Assembly: GCA_000002445.1 (NCBI GenBank)
Contig: CP000069.1
Coordinates: 480,001-544,000 of the forward strand
Length of the DNA: 64,000 bases
Source: Trypanosoma brucei
Lineage: Eukaryota
Reading direction: 5' to 3'
Part shown: positions 23,203-31,791 of the stretch, piece after piece
Numbering within the stretch: the stretch's first letter is position 1
Layout of the letters: each line of letters begins with the position of its first letter
The notes under the pieces: model-generated
What the model was told of the DNA's origin: nothing
Databases searched by the model: none
Seen by the model: only the letters and a program-made list of their open reading frames with translations
Made by a program: the position numbers and the translations under genes

Positions 23203-24246
23203 TCAGATAAAACAGAGGGATACTGACAGTAACGTAATTTTGAGTGAGGGGGATGATGCAATATTCTGTTTTTGTGTTTGTGTGGGTTGAGCATCGGAAT
23301 CCTTTCGTGCTGCAGTTTGGGGTGCTGTTCTCGAGGGTTGCGCACCTTCAGCTCCAGCTCCAGATTCCTTTAATGCCTTTACTTCCTCTTCATTTTTCGC
23401 TTTACCGTAAGTTCCCTTTAACTTTTTGACTTGCTCTCTCAACTTTTGAAGAGCCTCATCTCTTCCCTTCATGTGGTCTGTTGCCTCATTCAAGTTCTTA
23501 ACCCATGGCTTAGAAGCAAATTGATCAGGCTTCTCCTCAGGCATTGGTGGACTGCCAGGTGGGAACGGAGGTGGCGGTGGTGGCGGTGGAGGTTCTTGGC
23601 CTTTTGAGTCGTCTGAATACAAAGCCCTCAAACCCTCCAAGTCCTTTTCTATAGCTTCGACAGTAACCTCGGCACTGCTGCTGGCACTCGTACATTTTCC
23701 CTTAACTCCATTCCATGCCTGTAGACGCTGTTCAGCCGTGGTATCGTCGTGATTTCGGGCATTCTCGCTCCCACCGAAGCAGCTTTCAGTGGCACCTTGT
23801 GTGGGGCTGCAACTACAGATGATACTGTTAGGTATCGTTGACCATCGGTTTGTTTCGTCGCATGGATTGCCTACTGTATGGTGTCCAAAAGTTTTGTCCG
23901 CGTCCTCTTCTTCAATGTTATCCCCATAGGCTGCTTTCCGAAACGCTGTCTTGGCGCCACTTTCATGGCTCTGCACTTTGTTTTCTAACTCTTTAACTTT
24001 ATCCACCTCCGCTTTTAAAGCTGGTGAATCCCTGGCATCTTTATTAAACCACTGATAATCTTCGGTTTCTTTTAGCTTATCGAGGTGACTTTTTTCTTTC
24101 GCTCCCTTTTCTGCCTTCGTGAAGAGTGAGCACAAGAGATCAAATCCCTTCTTGTCTTTCTCGTGGTCAATCCAGTCATTCTTTCCCATTGCAACTCCCG
24201 TTACCAACACTCCCACCATGACCACTTTCATAATTACTCTCCACAT
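23203..24246 (-). CDS. Surface-protein family copy 5, 347 aa.
   Basis: Near-identical to copy 4, with substitutions clustered around EEKPDQFASK and EQVKKLKG. These are states that copy 1 also carries. Confidence 0.8.
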   Translation of the reverse strand: MWRVIMKVVMVGVLVTGVAMGKNDWIDHEKDKKGFDLLCSLFTKAEKGAKEKSHLDKLKETEDYQWFNKDARDSPALKAEVDKVKELENKVQSHESGAKTAFRKAAYGDNIEEEDADKTFGHHTVGNPCDETNRWSTIPNSIICSCSPTQGATESCFGGSENARNHDDTTAEQRLQAWNGVKGKCTSASSSAEVTVEAIEKDLEGLRALYSDDSKGQEPPPPPPPPPFPPGSPPMPEEKPDQFASKPWVKNLNEATDHMKGRDEALQKLREQVKKLKGTYGKAKNEEEVKALKESGAGAEGAQPSRTAPQTAARKDSDAQPTQTQKQNIASSPSLKITLLSVSLCFI

Positions 24247-25873
24247 AGATGTATACCTTTATTATTCGTAATAACAACACAGTAAAAAATAATAGAACAT
24301 TAATATTAAACACTACAGTAATATCAAATCAATGTTGTCTATCATAACATTGCGTATATTATCCCACAGAGCAGTTATTACTGTTTAACTCTCAGCAGAA
24401 AGTGATATGCCATTCATAGGCAGAGCATGCAAACTAACATAACATCCAACAAGCCATCTCCACAAGCTCACTATACACGAGGATAGTAAATTCACGAAGT
24501 CACTTTACAGATGCCATCGTCGTGATTTCCCTCAATCTTTTTTTATTCCTTACTGCTCTAACTCTCTGAAAGGAATTTCCCTCATACAGTAGATTCAGCT
24601 GGGTCAAAAAGAGGCACACATCCCACATCAAGTCTTTCACCTGCCTTATCCTGGTGTATTTCAACCACACACCTTCTAGGAATATTCATATATAATTATA
24701 GTCACACTTTCTCCATGTCCTCTCAGACACAAGAACAAATCATGATCCTCTACTTTTACATCACTATTAAATGAACAGCAAAAAGAAAATACACACAATA
24801 TATTCATTGATATATGGTTCCCACTGCTGGTTCCGTGACCGTAATGTCAGTGACACATTTTACGAACACAAATACTATGATAAAAGAATTGGAAGGACAC
24901 ATTTCCTAACATGACACCGAAAATTACTGAAACACAAATGTGTAAAGTGTCTATGGATGGAAATGCAAAATATGTGGTGTTTAGTAAGGGAAGGATTATT
25001 AGCTGCCACCCGGAGTGTATATTTCTTTACACCTCATTTCGTATCTTGTCAACAATACAAAGTCTTATAAAACACACCACCAGTTGTTCTCCAATAAATA
25101 TACGTTATACATGCCAATATCACAGACACTGCAACATCCTCTTTCTTCAACACTTCAAATACGTAACTCATATATCACTTGCTAAAGGTCTTAGTACCAT
25201 ATCCATGCCTCACTGAAGGGTTTGTGCCGTAACCCAATTAAATGTTGCTTCCTCTCCTCCTTCCATTTCCTCACAATATGATACGCAGAGCTGCAACTTT
25301 GTAATATGTGCGCAGTTGATGGGGACTTCAGTGGTTATCACTTTAAATTGCAAATGGAAATTCTGAAACAGTTCCAATACTCCCTCATGAATACCAACTA
25401 GTGTGTGTCTCCCATATACCGGCAGTTGCCATTACTGCAATGTTATGCTCAATGAGGATCTTTTTATTATCAAGTGTTAGCGCCAACTATTTTATTGTTC
25501 ATGTCAGGCTCATATTCATGTAAGTGAAATGGGTGAAACTGTTCTTTTCCTTACTTTGCATTATATAAATAAGAGGAAATAAGGGATGCTTGTTAGAGGC
25601 ACGCAACAGACACATACACATATGAGAGTTTCCATCCAACAATACATACATATCCTTTAAATAGTCCACCAACTGGAGGATGACACCAGCAGGTCAGTGA
25701 GGGAAGCAGTATGTCTAGGAATAATATAAAAGACACGTGTGACAAAATTTACATATTTGTTGCCTTGCTTTGCCTGCTGCGAATACCATATCACCTCCAT
25801 CAGTAAAGTTACGGAATTCGGTAAACTTCCATGAATGCACATAAGCAACTGATACACACACACTTTTCCCTTC

Positions 25874-26656
25874 CTATTCCTCTCCTGCACAACTCACATG
25901 TTCACTTGACGCACTGTCATCCGCTGCAGCAGGTACCTGTTGTCTTCCAGGTGGTTTCTCTCCAGTCAATGCACCACAGAAGCTTACAGTTACTGGCAAA
26001 ACGGGTCTGCCCACATCATCAAGAGGAACTGCCTCAAGTTTCTCTAGCAGTGAGAGATCATCAATAGCACGTCCAAACACAACTTGCTTGAAATCAAGAG
26101 ATGGAGAAGGACCAAGTGTAATGCCAAATACGGAGCCACTTGTGTGAGGACCCTCAGAGATCATTGTGAGAAGCCCACGTTCCGTGTGTCGGTGACGGTA
26201 TCCTTCATCCGCTATTGGTGTGCCAGTGGAGGAGAGGTTAAAGGAATCCAATTCACCCAACACAATGATATTATTGTTGTGATCCACATGATGCACTTGT
26301 GTGCCAAGGTAATCCAATTTCACACCCGTGTTGGTGTCAATCCCACATGACCCAGTGATTAATGCCCTGAAGTTTTCTACGGTTCGCGGCACTACATCGT
26401 CAAAGAGTTCAAATACCAGTCGTCCGCTGAGAACGTCATCAATGGACATATCCAGGAAGGCACGGCAGGAGTTCTGTTCCTCCTTCATGCGATGACTCCG
26501 CTGGTAATTTTCCCATTCTTTTAAACGGCGCTCCTCCACATCGTCGTAACGACTCTGAAGTGTCGCAGAGTCTTCATCATTTTCTGGTCGTTGTAACCTC
26601 GAATCTCCCTTTTTCCTGCGGGAGTGCCGTACACCTTCTAGTTTTGTCGTTGACAT
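25874..26656 (-). CDS. Cyclophilin-like protein, copy 5, the full-length form: 260 aa from the ATG at 26656. The ORF-track start at 26692 is an apparent TTG.
   Basis: It has a unique ~56-aa N-terminal extension (MSTTKLEGVRHSRRKKGDS...RYDDVEERRLKEWENYQRSHR) that the internal copies lack. Homology to the internal copies begins at RLKEWENY, which is the array junction. ATG checked at 26654-26656. Confidence 0.65.
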   Translation of the reverse strand: MSTTKLEGVRHSRRKKGDSRLQRPENDEDSATLQSRYDDVEERRLKEWENYQRSHRMKEEQNSCRAFLDMSIDDVLSGRLVFELFDDVVPRTVENFRALITGSCGIDTNTGVKLDYLGTQVHHVDHNNNIIVLGELDSFNLSSTGTPIADEGYRHRHTERGLLTMISEGPHTSGSVFGITLGPSPSLDFKQVVFGRAIDDLSLLEKLEAVPLDDVGRPVLPVTVSFCGALTGEKPPGRQQVPAAADDSASSEHVSCAGEE

Positions 26657-26898
26657 CAAAACAATCACTAGGCCTATTCCGCGCTGAAGCAAGATGTCGA
26701 ATAAGTGAATGCTATCTCAATCCTCTGAAGTTTTAAAATGAAAGCCGAAGAAAGAGGAGAAATAAAGGATGGAAGAGTGAGGGATGCTGGGCGTATTGGT
26801 AGTGTAACCATAAACACTATAGGTGATGTGAAAACAATGATTCCCTGAAGCCTCTTGGGTGGGGGTAAGGGAAGATAAAGGAGGAGAAAGAAGATCAG

Positions 26899-27588
26899 TC
26901 ATCCCTTGCCGATGGACTGCAGCCACGCGGAGTATGCCTCATTCACGTGTTGCTTACCTCCATAGGATTCCTTGAATTGCCGATCAAACTCCAGGAACTT
27001 CCGCCGAGTGATTTGCCCATATTGAGGTAAACCTTTTGTATGTTTGTTAAGATCCTCGCGCTGGATGTATTTCGCCGCTTCCTCTGAAAATCTGTCATTC
27101 ATCCAGTTGTCCTCCATATGCCGCTTCCGCAGATGAGCATAAGGATCGCCCCTAAGTGAAGGGGGAATGAGTGCTTCCTCAAGTAACTTCACCACCTCGT
27201 ATGAAATGTATTTCGCCACACACGTGTCTGTTGGTTTATAGCGTCGGTACCACGGCGTACGCTGGAATTCCTCGACAGTAGTCCACGTGTTTAGCGATGA
27301 GCGGCAGCCTTGTGTTTTCCTCTCAAAGATTTCACTCATCTCCCGCTGCACCTCCGCCTCACACCATCCTTCTTTTTTGAGGATGTCCATAACGACGTCT
27401 TCCATACGGTCTGTTAGTTTATAGCGACAAGACCATTCCTCCTCCCGCGCAACGGGACGTGGGTTTCCTGTAAGCACGGGGATATCGCGCATTTTGTGAC
27501 TAAATCCTAGCTCCTTTCCGAACCGTGTGGTGCTGTCGAATGATCTACCGAACTTCACTAACACGGCAGCGGATCTCACGCATCGCAT
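26899..27588 (-). CDS. Hypothetical protein, 229 aa, with a basic N-terminus that could be an organellar presequence.
   Basis: ATG confirmed. MRCVRSAAVLVKFGRSF... is Arg-rich and amphipathic-like. No recognisable domain. Confidence 0.5.
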   Translation of the reverse strand: MRCVRSAAVLVKFGRSFDSTTRFGKELGFSHKMRDIPVLTGNPRPVAREEEWSCRYKLTDRMEDVVMDILKKEGWCEAEVQREMSEIFERKTQGCRSSLNTWTTVEEFQRTPWYRRYKPTDTCVAKYISYEVVKLLEEALIPPSLRGDPYAHLRKRHMEDNWMNDRFSEEAAKYIQREDLNKHTKGLPQYGQITRRKFLEFDRQFKESYGGKQHVNEAYSAWLQSIGKG

Positions 27589-28168
27589 CTTCCCCCCTTA
27601 GTTTGGGAACGTTTGTCACGATAAATGTTTCCCTCGCCACTTGCTTTGTGTATATTTGGTGGCACCGTTGCCTCTGTCCTCAATCAGTTCGCTATTTCAC
27701 TCCCTTGGTCCCACAACTGTACCTCAAATACTGCTGCTGTGTATGTATTCCCCTTTTCTTCTTGTGCTACTGCCCCCCTGCACGTGTATGCGCACCTTTG
27801 TTCGGTATGGTCAATGGCAAGAGAAGAGAATGGTATCCCAAACAAAAACAAATGTATGTGCGAATACATATGCGTCCATACACTCGTGTAAGGTGCGCAG
27901 CGTGGCGTAGGCTCAAAGAAACCCCTCCGTTCACATGTGTGGGCGCACAAATGCCCCTGCATGGAAAAGTTGAGAGTTCACAACCGGTCACAACTGATCG
28001 TCTTCACCTTCTTCATTCCCTCCTTTCTCCACTCCAATGGAGCAGCTACGCAACAGCAACAATATGAGCGGGGAAAACATCCTTCCGCTTGTCAATACCT
28101 CCACACCCAATCCACAAACACTAACTAGCACCCGAGGTCACTTGATGTTTTCAACAGTTGTGTCACTT

Positions 28169-28915
28169 TTACAAACCAGTAACAGCAAACTGTTTTGCCC
28201 ACAAAAAAGTGCAGCCGGCGAGCGACACCAAATTCGTAAAAATCACGAGTGCAACGCCCGGGGCAGCCCTCGTTCGCCCCTGCAAGCCGCTGAAGCTCTT
28301 ATGGCACACAACAAGTGCGCTAGTGGCAGAAGTAACGCACAATATCCAACCAAGTAAGACGACTCCCTTTGCACTGTTAACGTTGTTCCTGATATCCGTA
28401 GGAGAGGCACGAGTAAGCAACACGAAACCCACCACGGAGATGAGAGCGGGAAGCAATAACACCAACGATACGCGGTATTGTGCATTTGGTTCCCCCCGAG
28501 CGACAATGATTAGGTCGAGCAGCAACATAAGCGCTGAACCGAACATGAAACCAGCTACCCCGAAGGGTGTCAGCAACGAGCGCGGTGTTAGTTTGCTCAT
28601 TGTTCCACCCGCAGTTACGGTGTATCCTTCGGTGACCTTGAATATTTTAGGCATGAATAGCAAGCAACAAACAAGGTGGGGGGAGAGAAGAAAGAGCAAA
28701 GGAAAAGAAAAGAAGAGCGTGACCTGGAAGTGCACAACGGAGAGGAGCAAATACTTCATGGGGTGTATCAGGGTCGCATGCTCCACGCGGAAGTGGGACA
28801 ACCCAATAGGCCGCTGACTTCCACACTGGTTCAGTTGCTGCACTGCCGACTCCGGTTTGAGGGTTGCAGCGTGAAGCAAGGCGTTTCTCTCCCTCTCTTT
28901 CCTCCTTCTCAACAT
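28169..28915 (-). CDS. Hypothetical multi-pass membrane protein, up to 248 aa. The real start may be the internal MPKIFKV...
   Basis: At least four hydrophobic spans: FMFGSALMLLLDLIIV, VSLVLLLPALISVVGFVLL, GVVLLGWILCVTSATSALVV and LVIFTNLVSLAGCTFLW. ATG confirmed at 28913-28915. Confidence 0.5.
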   Translation of the reverse strand: MLRRRKERERNALLHAATLKPESAVQQLNQCGSQRPIGLSHFRVEHATLIHPMKYLLLSVVHFQVTLFFSFPLLFLLSPHLVCCLLFMPKIFKVTEGYTVTAGGTMSKLTPRSLLTPFGVAGFMFGSALMLLLDLIIVARGEPNAQYRVSLVLLLPALISVVGFVLLTRASPTDIRNNVNSAKGVVLLGWILCVTSATSALVVCHKSFSGLQGRTRAAPGVALVIFTNLVSLAGCTFLWAKQFAVTGL

Positions 28916-29158
28916 CCAAAAGGGGGGGGGGAATGTACGTTTCCTTTCTCCCCTTTATTTCTCCTTCGGGTGCTAGTTGCCTTCCTTCCCTTTTTGTCCC
29001 AATTACGGAGTTCAGTATCTCGGGCAGCAACAATGCAAACTGCAGACACATTAACTAATCACTTACACGCTAGATGAAAGCGACCTTAGACAACAATTAA
29101 GTCGGTTTAACTGCTTTGCCTTCCCCCTTACCTCTCGGCACCCACAACTTTGGAGGTC

Positions 29159-31468
29159 TCACGACAATCTCTCGAGGATGTCCTGAAGTTGTGCCGACAC
29201 GATTTCGTCAATTCCATCGCTTTCGCCACCTACCGGAAATGAAAGCACTGGGTCCTGTTGCAACTCTTCCAGATGATGCTGACCCTCCGAAATCTTGGTT
29301 TCATACGATCTTATTTTCTTCAACAGCGTGGCCTTCCGTTCAGCAATGACATTGAGTTCGTTAGCGAGTTTCTCACCGGCTTTCTTGAGCTCCTTAATGT
29401 CGTGGGTGAGTTCCTTCTTTTCGCGAGCAAGATTGGTGATGGTGCGCTTCATTTCTTCAATGCCCCTTGCCATCTCCGCATTTTGCTCTTGGGCTTGTTT
29501 GATAATCTCTTGTTCCCTCTGGCGTTCTAACTGCTCCCGGCGCTCGCGTTCGGCCAATTCCCTTACGATGCGTTGCTTTTCGCTCTTAAAGCGCTCCAAA
29601 ATATCGTGAAAGCCCTTAGTTGCCCGCTGTACCGTATCCTTTCGTGTCTTCTCCTCGTCTTTCAGCGTCTTCGATATCTCCTGCTTAACTCTTTTTTTCA
29701 ATTGCGCAATCTTTTCATCCTCGATGAGTTGGCGCACCGCCCTTTCGTCTACTTTTGGTCCGGCGGGTTTATCTTTGTTGGATACATTCTTCGAAGAAAC
29801 GGTCGTCTTGGGAGCCTCTACGATAACAATGCCAACCTCAATGGTGATGCTGTCATTTTCCTTGTGCCAGAAGCCTTTGCGCGGGTTCAGCAACTCATCG
29901 AATCGGGCAACGTTGTTGAATCCCCAATCATTTTCCTGCGACCTCGCGAAGAAACGCTGTGTGCCCTCGTTGCAGATAGAATCGTCCTTACTTAGGTGGT
30001 TGATAACCGATATTAGAAACTTGCAGTACACTGTCTCCGTTTGGCAGAGGTAGAGTGCTAAATTACTCTTGTTTGCCATACAAAGAAGGCTCCACTTCAT
30101 CTGACCGAACTCAAACTCGGGTGAGTAACGACGCTCACTGTCTTTGGGTAAGAGGGATATATTTTCCACCTGAAAGGTGATAAACCCCATGTCACCCTTA
30201 CACCGCATCAGGGAAGGCGGAACCGTGAAGGCGAGTGTCTTTTGCCTCTTGGAGCGGGATTTCCTAGCACGAACGCGCTCCCGTGGGAAAGCAGCGAAGA
30301 CGATGGCCTCGCAGAATTTCTCCGTGGAATTCGTGTCTGGGACCGAGACTCCCAACTCGGAGGTGATTCTTTTCAGTGGTTTGAGTCGGAGATTGGTTAA
30401 GACTGCAAGAAAACCCATTGCTACCATGCGCTCCCACATTTCTTCCACCTGCGGGCTTTCTTCCCACAGACCCAACATGTGGCTCAGCGCATGCTTCAAC
30501 TGCTCTGGAAGGGACTGAAGAAAATCAATGCTTGCTGCGGTCTGAAGGGGTCCCGTCTGCACGCGGTTGGTCATATCCTCAATGAACTTGTGCTTGTCTA
30601 TGAGAGCGCAAGCCTTTTCGCACCCAAGCCGAACGGCCGTTTTGACTATTTGAACAATGTACTCACGGTTAGAAGAGGATGGTTTCACCTTAACCTTCGC
30701 GCTCTCGCTCATCTTTTTTAGCGAGTCGTTGGAAAGTGGCTCCATAAAGCTTGTTAGGTGCGACACTGCCTCTCCACTTCCCGATGAGCAAAGAGAGGTA
30801 ACATCCACGTTTGCGGCTTCCTCATCACCTGCTTCATCTTCCCCAGACGACGATTCGGCAGGTGGAGGCACGGTACGCTGCTCCAGTGACCTACGACTCG
30901 GAAAGGTGTACGTGGTGGCCCTAACGGTGAGACGCGGAGGGGCGAATGGGCCGACGGTATTGAGAACGGTTCCCTTATCATCCACAACCTTCTTTTGTTC
31001 GATCAACATCGTTTCGTCATCCTCACGTTTCTTGCGGAGTTCTTCCTTCTTCCTTAAGCTTTGTTCTTGTTCCCTTAACATAGGCTTTGAACCGCCGTCA
31101 AAGTCGTCATCACCCCCGCGTTCTTCGTCCGAGTCAAAAATGCTATCCGTCTTGAAGTACTCTTCCTCGTCTCTAGTAACTGGGTACTCACGTGGAGCCA
31201 CATTGTCAAAATAAGTGTATGGCGCAGCACGGTGAGCTGCCGACATGAGCGAGTCCACCAGGGGTTTCAGCATGCCCCAAATAACATTCTTATACTCTTC
31301 CGAATCATTGTTTTCCTGTGCACGGATCAGCTCCTTTTCCAGAGCTAGCGTCATATCCAGCCCCGTCGACCCTCTGATTGGGGACTCGTGCGCGAGCCGG
31401 TGGAGGATACTCCTATAAAAGTCCTGGTCCTCAGGTGCTAACAGCGGTTGCGAATACTGGGGATCCAT
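29159..31468 (-). CDS. MATH/TRAF-domain protein with a long C-terminal coiled coil, ~769 aa from the first ATG. The ORF track starts at 31486 with an apparent TTG.
   Basis: MATH-like segment ...FEFGQMKWSLLCMANKSNLALYLCQTE...ENDWGFNNVARFDELLNPRKGFWHKENDSITIEVGIVIV. Heptad-rich Glu/Lys/Arg C-terminus ...ERERREQLERQREQEIIKQAQEQNAEM.... ATG checked at 31466-31468. Confidence 0.6.
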   Translation of the reverse strand: MDPQYSQPLLAPEDQDFYRSILHRLAHESPIRGSTGLDMTLALEKELIRAQENNDSEEYKNVIWGMLKPLVDSLMSAAHRAAPYTYFDNVAPREYPVTRDEEEYFKTDSIFDSDEERGGDDDFDGGSKPMLREQEQSLRKKEELRKKREDDETMLIEQKKVVDDKGTVLNTVGPFAPPRLTVRATTYTFPSRRSLEQRTVPPPAESSSGEDEAGDEEAANVDVTSLCSSGSGEAVSHLTSFMEPLSNDSLKKMSESAKVKVKPSSSNREYIVQIVKTAVRLGCEKACALIDKHKFIEDMTNRVQTGPLQTAASIDFLQSLPEQLKHALSHMLGLWEESPQVEEMWERMVAMGFLAVLTNLRLKPLKRITSELGVSVPDTNSTEKFCEAIVFAAFPRERVRARKSRSKRQKTLAFTVPPSLMRCKGDMGFITFQVENISLLPKDSERRYSPEFEFGQMKWSLLCMANKSNLALYLCQTETVYCKFLISVINHLSKDDSICNEGTQRFFARSQENDWGFNNVARFDELLNPRKGFWHKENDSITIEVGIVIVEAPKTTVSSKNVSNKDKPAGPKVDERAVRQLIEDEKIAQLKKRVKQEISKTLKDEEKTRKDTVQRATKGFHDILERFKSEKQRIVRELAERERREQLERQREQEIIKQAQEQNAEMARGIEEMKRTITNLAREKKELTHDIKELKKAGEKLANELNVIAERKATLLKKIRSYETKISEGQHHLEELQQDPVLSFPVGGESDGIDEIVSAQLQDILERLS

Positions 31469-31791
31469 GGCCTTCTTAACCTTCAACGCTTCTTTAACTT
31501 ACTTTTCAGCCAACTTTTTCCTACTGTATGATCCGTCAACGCGATCGAATACAAGTGTCGGCACAGGCACACGTGTTTTCATATATGCGGGTACCGGTGC
31601 ACAATGAAGGGAAGTCACAAAGTAATTGAAGAAAGCGCAAGAGTGAGGGGGAAACCATACATGTCGTAAATATTGTGGGAAAGAACGAGACTCAAAGGGG
31701 TTACTTAATAAAAGGGTCGATATTATGACGTATGACTGTGCATTTACACACACATACAAGAGGCAAACAACGAGAGACACTTCAGTATTCG

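Larger units (their letters stand above)
7100..26530 (-). repeat. Tandem array of five ~3.85-3.92-kb units; unit boundaries fall near 7112, 11034, 14917, 18763, 22653 and ~26525. Each unit carries a surface-protein gene plus a cyclophilin-like gene.
   Basis: Read directly from the sequence. Near-identical blocks recur with a period of ~3.9 kb, for example the 204/221-aa ORF is identical at 10369, 18098 and 21988, and the shared 3' flank motif ...gcaactggcggttg... occurs in every unit. Unique sequence resumes left of ~7100 and right of ~26525. Confidence 0.95.

Noticed and set aside
9450-25216. Recurrent plus-strand ORFs of 85-101 aa inside every array unit (for example 9450-9707, 13337-13594, 17130-17434 equivalents, 21025-21330, 24911-25216, MDIQKVVFSKRR.../MTPKITETQMCKVSM...)
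   Set aside because: They recur only because the whole unit is duplicated. They lie antisense to the polycistronic unit in the long 3'UTR/spacer between the surface-protein and cyclophilin-like genes, are low-complexity, and vary in frame and length between units.
7100-26530. Regular direct repeats that could superficially suggest a CRISPR-like array
   Set aside because: The repeat period is ~3.9 kb and each unit contains two protein-coding genes. There are no 25-40-bp repeats separated by unique spacers, and the genome is eukaryotic (trypanosomatid). This is a tandem gene array, not CRISPR.
25874-26692. Taking the 272-aa ORF-track product as the exact cyclophilin-like copy 5 protein
   Set aside because: The track's first codon is TTG on the coding strand by my reading; the first ATG is at 26656. 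The gene is kept, with the adjusted start.
28158-28817. Plus-strand 219-aa ORF overlapping the minus-strand membrane-protein ORF
   Set aside because: It is opposite to the orientation of the surrounding polycistronic unit. The minus-strand frame encodes clear transmembrane helices and a plausible ATG; the plus frame has no features.
29258-31214. Several 80-185-aa plus-strand ORFs overlapping the MATH/coiled-coil gene
   Set aside because: They are antisense to a long, domain-containing minus-strand CDS. Such antisense ORFs are typical of Glu/Lys-rich coiled-coil coding sequence.
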